A stretch of DNA of 31,702 nucleotides from a virus (taxonomy: Duplodnaviria; Caudoviricetes), in IMG/VR virus record IMGVR_UViG_3300033415_000074, positions 1-31,702 of that record; one strand, written 5' to 3'. A model generated the notes under the pieces. That model did no database searches. It saw nothing but the letters and a program-made list of their open reading frames with translations, and was not told the DNA's origin. Below, piece by piece: positions 27,188 to 31,702 of this stretch. Position numbers and translations under genes: made by a program. Positions within the stretch are counted from its first letter, which is position 1; the number at the start of each line of letters is the position of its first letter.

Positions 27188-28933
27188 CTACTCAAACTCA
27201 TCCTTGTTTAGTTTATAGGAAATATAGGCGTCGAGCAGTGCAGAAATGGAGTCAATCTTCTCTTCACGATGCTTCTTAAGAAGTTTCCTATTACCATTAG
27301 TGTCTTCGACGGTAACGCAGTTGCCCATTGTAAAGCGAAACAACTCTTGGTCAAACAGGAGTAGCCGTTCTTCAGAAATTTTCTTTAGTTCGCCAAGAGG
27401 AACCGACTCTGTTTTGGCGCCTTGGATAACTTTTTCAATCGCGCGAGTCCCGTTCTCTTTTTGCCAACGATTAATGAACTCTTGTGCATTGTATGGGTCG
27501 AAACCAAGACTGCGAATGTCATACCCCTTATCGGAAATATAAGCTTCGAGATCATCATAGACGGACATCATGTCGAGTACTGCGCCGTCGAGAACCATAA
27601 GAGAACCTTCATTGATAAAGTCGTCGTATTTTATACGAAGTGCTCCTGGTAGTTTCAACAATGTCAAACTCGAAATATAACAACGAGTCTTAACTCCAAA
27701 AGCACCACGAGAAAGAGGAAATAAGAATGTAAATGCACAGAAGTCATCACCTTGGGAGAGGTCAATGCCCATTGCGCATACACATTTCCAGAATGTTTGT
27801 CTACGATGGATCTCCGTCTCTTCGTAGGTAAAGAAATATGTGTATCCTTCCATTGGTATCCCAAAACGTTTCGCAAGAATATCGTTTCGGGTTGACGGAG
27901 CTTTCTCTGCTCTTTCTACATCGAGTTGATACGCTTCATAGGATATAGTCTTACCAAGATTAGGTTGAGCTTTTGGCCACATGTCAGGATTTGATACCTC
28001 GTCAATACTGTCAAGACGATAATACCAAATAGAGACATGATCGGCTTTGTACTCACCTCGAAGAATGTCCATAAGTTCCATCTTAAGTGTATCGCCCGAA
28101 CTATTTCGGACAGTACCTTCAGAACTCATGGCAACGATCAGGTAGTCATCCATTTTGGATGCGCCCTGCTCGGTTGCGCCTACAACATCTTCTCTAATAT
28201 CACCAGAAAGCCACTCGTCGATGGTCACAACTTTAGGCCGAAGTCCTTGAAGTTTATCGATCGTCATCGGTCGTACTTCTAATAAAGACCCAGTAAGAAA
28301 ATTCTCAATGCCCTTTTTGGTAGGTACGAGTTTCATCCGGTTTGCTCTACTACCAGTAGTATTTTGAATAGAGCCTTCCGTTAGAAACTTAAACAGTGGT
28401 CCTCGTGCTCTTGTGATGGCTGTCCGAATAGGCGACATTATTTCATCGGCTTGTTTCATAGTAGGCGCTGTGGTAATCTGGTGAGTTGTAGAGGTATCAA
28501 CATTGAGGAAGAAGTCTTGTATGCATGAACCGTACATTGATTTTGCAGCACCACGAGCAACTATTAAAAATTGCTTACTAGTCAAGCGCTTCTTAATCAT
28601 TCGTCGTTCATAGTGTCCGGGCATACCATTCTTGCCGGGAATAAAAATGGAACGTTCGGTAAAGTAGTACCAACCAAAGACATCCTCTGCCCAAAGTTTG
28701 AATGAGTCTAATAGATGAAGATCTGAGCCATCGGTCAAGGTTAATTCCTGTTCACAGAAAAGGATCCAACCTTCAATCGCATCTTCATCGTAGTAGAATT
28801 TTGGGTTTCGAATACGCTCGTCGATTCTATTCATCTGCATGGAGATTTCACTACAGACAGGTATGTCGCCTCTCAATACGGCGTCCCGGAACTGTCCATA
28901 GTACCGCGGAGTAGCCGTGTTTGACAGATGCAT
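27188..28933 (-). CDS. terL: Terminase large subunit
   Basis: 581 aa; Walker A-like VARGAAKS, Walker B VTIDE, nuclease GIDLSQGDD, FDPYN, C-terminal KIDSISA; GGAGGT RBS. Confidence 0.95.
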   Translation of the reverse strand: MHLSNTATPRYYGQFRDAVLRGDIPVCSEISMQMNRIDERIRNPKFYYDEDAIEGWILFCEQELTLTDGSDLHLLDSFKLWAEDVFGWYYFTERSIFIPGKNGMPGHYERRMIKKRLTSKQFLIVARGAAKSMYGSCIQDFFLNVDTSTTHQITTAPTMKQADEIMSPIRTAITRARGPLFKFLTEGSIQNTTGSRANRMKLVPTKKGIENFLTGSLLEVRPMTIDKLQGLRPKVVTIDEWLSGDIREDVVGATEQGASKMDDYLIVAMSSEGTVRNSSGDTLKMELMDILRGEYKADHVSIWYYRLDSIDEVSNPDMWPKAQPNLGKTISYEAYQLDVERAEKAPSTRNDILAKRFGIPMEGYTYFFTYEETEIHRRQTFWKCVCAMGIDLSQGDDFCAFTFLFPLSRGAFGVKTRCYISSLTLLKLPGALRIKYDDFINEGSLMVLDGAVLDMMSVYDDLEAYISDKGYDIRSLGFDPYNAQEFINRWQKENGTRAIEKVIQGAKTESVPLGELKKISEERLLLFDQELFRFTMGNCVTVEDTNGNRKLLKKHREEKIDSISALLDAYISYKLNKDEFE

Positions 28934-29773
28934 CTTATACCTCCGGTCCTTCTACTCTAGTGGCGTTTCGACGTTAAAGCCGAACTCCTTCAGCCACTCT
29001 TTTCCTTTCTTGATGTGCTCTTTTGTATATATTTTTGCTTCTTTACGCATCATATCGTCAATCAGCTCTGTCGCTTTAATCGTTACGCATTTTGCGCTAT
29101 CGAGTAGTATGATTGGATTTCGGGCGGATAAGTTTGCGACATCGTTTTCGTCTCGGAGTATGTTGTACCCCCTTTTTTGCACCTCCGCAAAAAATCGATC
29201 CCGAACAGGACCCATTGCGTCGTACATCGATGACATATTTGCAATGCGATATGCCACCTGTGCCTCTTTTGATCCTGGGTTCTCGATAAGTTTGGAGATA
29301 TTTTTTGGAGTGATTGGACGAATTGCAGCGATGGGGGTGGTGTCATAAATCGTCATCAGTTTTGGATTATCTCGAAGAAGTGTAAAGAATATGGAAGCCG
29401 CTTCTGTTGTAGACGGAGATTTGAGTGTTGTTTTAGCTTCCAAGGTAAGCTTAATGTTTCTCCCTCCATTTAACGGTCCCTTACCACCAATAAAATTTAT
29501 GTATCGCGCATTGTCGTTTTTCGTGAACGAGGCAAACGTCATGCCAGCAAGTCCTGGGTTACTGTCTTTCCCAATAAGTCGCTGCAGCAATGTTCCTTTC
29601 CGAATCTCTATTCTGCCATCCCCATAAATTGTATATCCAGGAGGGGCGGCACGGCGTCTGGCTCCGGTGGGTTCTGCTTTTCGAACTCCCCACTTCATTC
29701 CCTTAACACCTACGTGCTTAAGTTCACTATCCATAAATCGCCTCATACTCAACAGACGCATCTTACACCTCCG
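28924..29773. repeat. 22-bp imperfect direct repeat (28924-28945 and 29752-29773) flanking the 28952 gene
   Basis: acagatgcatcttatacctccg versus acagacgcatcttacacctccg, 20/22 identical. Confidence 0.85.
28952..29734 (-). CDS. HxG-GMxWG-tagged protein with a putative ART-like domain
   Basis: MDSELKHVGVKGMKWGVRK from ATG 29734 (GAGG RBS); an alternative in-frame ATG at 29761 has a GGAGGTG RBS. Confidence 0.8.
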   Translation of the reverse strand: MDSELKHVGVKGMKWGVRKAEPTGARRRAAPPGYTIYGDGRIEIRKGTLLQRLIGKDSNPGLAGMTFASFTKNDNARYINFIGGKGPLNGGRNIKLTLEAKTTLKSPSTTEAASIFFTLLRDNPKLMTIYDTTPIAAIRPITPKNISKLIENPGSKEAQVAYRIANMSSMYDAMGPVRDRFFAEVQKRGYNILRDENDVANLSARNPIILLDSAKCVTIKATELIDDMMRKEAKIYTKEHIKKGKEWLKEFGFNVETPLE

Positions 29774-30107
29774 ATTGAGGATTATGCCATGCTTCAATCC
29801 TCCAATCATACTCTGCGATTTGTTTCTCCATGGAAGTGACTAGGAATGCGTTCGTCGGAGGATCAAATATGAGGCGAACTCTGAGATAAATTGCACTAAG
29901 AACAAGATCTAAATCTGTCCGAGTTCCTAGGAGTTCTGTCCAGACATTGGTCTTAGACGTAATTCTATAACCAGCTTCTGGACCAACGCCAAGTTGTGTC
30001 ATTATCATCAATGCGCCATTGATAAACATGATAAGTTCATTATCAAAAGTTGTATCGGTACTGCTAATACCTAGCAACTGTTTGATCGAGTCGAGTATAC
30101 TTGTCAT
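29763..30107 (-). CDS. Head-tail connector (gp6/gp15-like)
   Basis: SILDSIKQLLGI..FDNELIMFIN, LTQ-like MTQLGVG and LIFDPP motifs; 114 aa; AAGGAGG RBS. Confidence 0.75.
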   Translation of the reverse strand: MTSILDSIKQLLGISSTDTTFDNELIMFINGALMIMTQLGVGPEAGYRITSKTNVWTELLGTRTDLDLVLSAIYLRVRLIFDPPTNAFLVTSMEKQIAEYDWRIEAWHNPQSEV

Positions 30108-30126
30108 TGTTCAATCCTCCTTCCTT

Positions 30127-30864
30127 TTAGTCTGGGTGTCGGTTGAAAAAAGCTCCACTTGGATATAGATCATTGTATTCAAACTGACCATGTTTTACTT
30201 TCTTTTCAGGCTTGATCTTTTCTGCACTAATTGTTTGTAAGTACTTACTTCTAGAAAATATTAAATACGCAGAATCGAAACTTTTTACTGGATCTTTATC
30301 GTTAGCTGATAGTTTAGTGTTTCCTCTCATATAATCATCTCTTCTCATATTAAACCCAGCGGTAGCATCCTTTACCGCAGTATAACCACCAAAACCCCCA
30401 TGATTTTTCATCATTGCAACCGTATATGCTCTATAGTTGGTTAAGGTTTCGTTTCCGTCTAGGTCTGTAGGGTCAAGTCCTGCTACCTTTAGTCGCGGTT
30501 TTAAGTTATCAACTAAATCTTTTACTTGTTGATTTTTGTATTGATCTAAGAACATGTCAACTCTTTCCTTCTCTGAAGGGCCGATAAGATCCTCTTTAAC
30601 CTTCAGTGATAGTAAAAATGCCTTACTACCTGGATCGAGTTGTTTCAGTTTTCTACCAAAATTTTCGGCATCTTTTCTATCTGAGAATACAAAGGTTCTT
30701 CCAGAATCTACTTCCTTCTTTGAATGGGATACTCGATAAACAATGCTTCCTTTTGAAAGAGAGTCACGAAGTTCCGAGTATTTTGGGTCTTTAGAATATC
30801 CTGAAACTTCAGATCTTCGAACGCCCCAATGCATCCCGAGGACGCCATAGTGTTGTATTACCAT
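30127..30864 (-). CDS. HxG-GMxWG-tagged protein with a putative ART-like domain
   Basis: MVIQHYGVLGMHWGVRR; start overlaps the HNH stop; paralogous to 24586 and 28952. Confidence 0.8.
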   Translation of the reverse strand: MVIQHYGVLGMHWGVRRSEVSGYSKDPKYSELRDSLSKGSIVYRVSHSKKEVDSGRTFVFSDRKDAENFGRKLKQLDPGSKAFLLSLKVKEDLIGPSEKERVDMFLDQYKNQQVKDLVDNLKPRLKVAGLDPTDLDGNETLTNYRAYTVAMMKNHGGFGGYTAVKDATAGFNMRRDDYMRGNTKLSANDKDPVKSFDSAYLIFSRSKYLQTISAEKIKPEKKVKHGQFEYNDLYPSGAFFNRHPD

Positions 30865-31268
30865 AATGTTGTATCCCCCTTCCTTCTTTCTACTGGCAAG
30901 CGAGTTAAATTCTTAGAAGAGCCAAAGTGAATCATGTTATGAGTATTGATGGATGTACAGATCAAGAATTCTGGATTAAGGATTGCAGGGTTTCCTTGTT
31001 CTACATCTTCAATACTCATCGGATTCAGATGGTGGATTCGAATTGAATTAAAAATCTCTCGACCTTGGATTCCAAGATCACATGCGTTGTCGCGAACGAT
31101 GATCTTATCACGAAGTACTCGCCAAGCTCTAGAGTTGTAGAAATCTTGGTTAAGGTATCGATCGAATCCGAACGTTGCAACGCCTACCGAACCTCGAAGG
31201 GATAGGTATTCGTATCGTTCTTCAAAGGTTCTGAAGGTTAGAAGTTCAGAATATGTTCTAGTCTTCAT
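30858..31268 (-). CDS. HNH endonuclease (terminase-associated)
   Basis: FYNSRAWR..RD..IVRD..CDLG, IHHLNP and THNMIH motifs; next to the packaging genes, like HK97 gp74. Confidence 0.85.
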   Translation of the reverse strand: MKTRTYSELLTFRTFEERYEYLSLRGSVGVATFGFDRYLNQDFYNSRAWRVLRDKIIVRDNACDLGIQGREIFNSIRIHHLNPMSIEDVEQGNPAILNPEFLICTSINTHNMIHFGSSKNLTRLPVERRKGDTTLW

Positions 31269-31599
31269 CGTCTCCTCGATCTGGGTCCCCTGCGTAAGTT
31301 CTCATAGCAGCAATGGCATCTGCGTACAATTCGTCGACGCGTTTGGCAGCACGAATCGACTCGGTCTTTGCTGTGATGAGTTCCTTTTGCTTTTCGAGAA
31401 TGTCGCGTTCGACTTTGTTGTTAAGGGAACCAAGTTTTAGAAAGTGCGTGACTTCCTGGGCACTCGCTGTCCCAGCTCTCATACGTTTCTCGGCTAAATC
31501 CATGGCCAAGGAAATCATCTGATTCTCTCGACCTTCGGGTGTTGTAGCTGGCGGCGACTTTCGTCCTTGTTCTTTCTCGGGCCGAGAGTACTTAGCCAT
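31258..31599 (-). CDS. Putative terminase small subunit
   Basis: Start revised to ATG 31599 (AAAGGAGG RBS); small helical protein at the head of the packaging operon; function inferred from position only. Confidence 0.5.
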   Translation of the reverse strand: MAKYSRPEKEQGRKSPPATTPEGRENQMISLAMDLAEKRMRAGTASAQEVTHFLKLGSLNNKVERDILEKQKELITAKTESIRAAKRVDELYADAIAAMRTYAGDPDRGDDED

Positions 31600-31702
31600 G
31601 GTTCTTCCTCCTTTCGCATGAGTTTTAGGCACTTTCGTAGGACTTTAATCGGGTGTAGAATGCTGACATACCCCTAAAATGCCCTCCGGGGAAAATATAA
31701 GG

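Larger units (their letters stand above)
274..31599 (-). mobile_element. Siphovirus-type phage/prophage late operon (packaging, head, tail, lysis)
   Basis: About 30 co-oriented, tightly packed minus-strand genes in canonical order: terminase, portal, protease/capsid, connectors, major tail, chaperones, tape measure, Dit, Tal, fibres, lysis. No integrase or host genes are present, so free phage versus prophage cannot be decided. Confidence 0.97.

Noticed and set aside
28917-29348. Plus-strand ORFs such as this one, 3446..3871, 15125..15700 and 15896..16534
   Set aside because: Antisense to well-supported minus-strand genes, without RBSs or protein-like motifs.
30858-31268. HNH as a mobile homing endonuclease or intron marker
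   Set aside because: Its size and position next to the packaging genes fit a terminase-associated HNH, and no interrupted gene is nearby.
274-31599. Alternative genetic code (stop-codon reassignment)
   Set aside because: Long genes are intact in code 11, and TAA, TAG and TGA all end genes at sensible boundaries.

Overview
This window is an apparently complete late (virion morphogenesis and lysis) operon of a long-tailed dsDNA phage or prophage, encoded entirely on the minus strand. The host is probably a Bacillota member, judged from strong GGAGG RBSs, a Dit/Tal tail tip, an XhlA-like protein and an amidase endolysin. Right to left it reads: putative small terminase, HNH, head-tail connector, large terminase, portal, fused prohead protease-scaffold-major capsid protein, head closure, tail terminator, major tail (C-terminal Ig domain), two tail chaperone-type genes, neck protein, tape measure, Dit, Tal, several receptor-binding/fibre proteins, endolysin, XhlA-like protein, an inserted cassette with a 14-blade beta-propeller, and holin. 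The most notable observations are: (1) five accessory head-region genes share an N-terminal hydrophobic-x-H-[FYV]-G-[IV]-x-G-M-[KH]-W-G-[RV]-R tag, and three of them carry a paralogous ADP-ribosyltransferase-like domain; (2) the same hydrophobic-x-His motif recurs nine times in the capsid polyprotein linker/propeptide and once at the portal N-terminus, suggesting a His-specific maturation protease and a capsid-cargo system; (3) one tagged gene is flanked by a 22-bp duplication of the terminase start region; (4) two independently amplified 138-bp beta-propeller arrays have hypervariable codons; (5) TTCAAAATG recurs on one strand through the operon. All functional calls come from motif recognition by eye; no searches were run.
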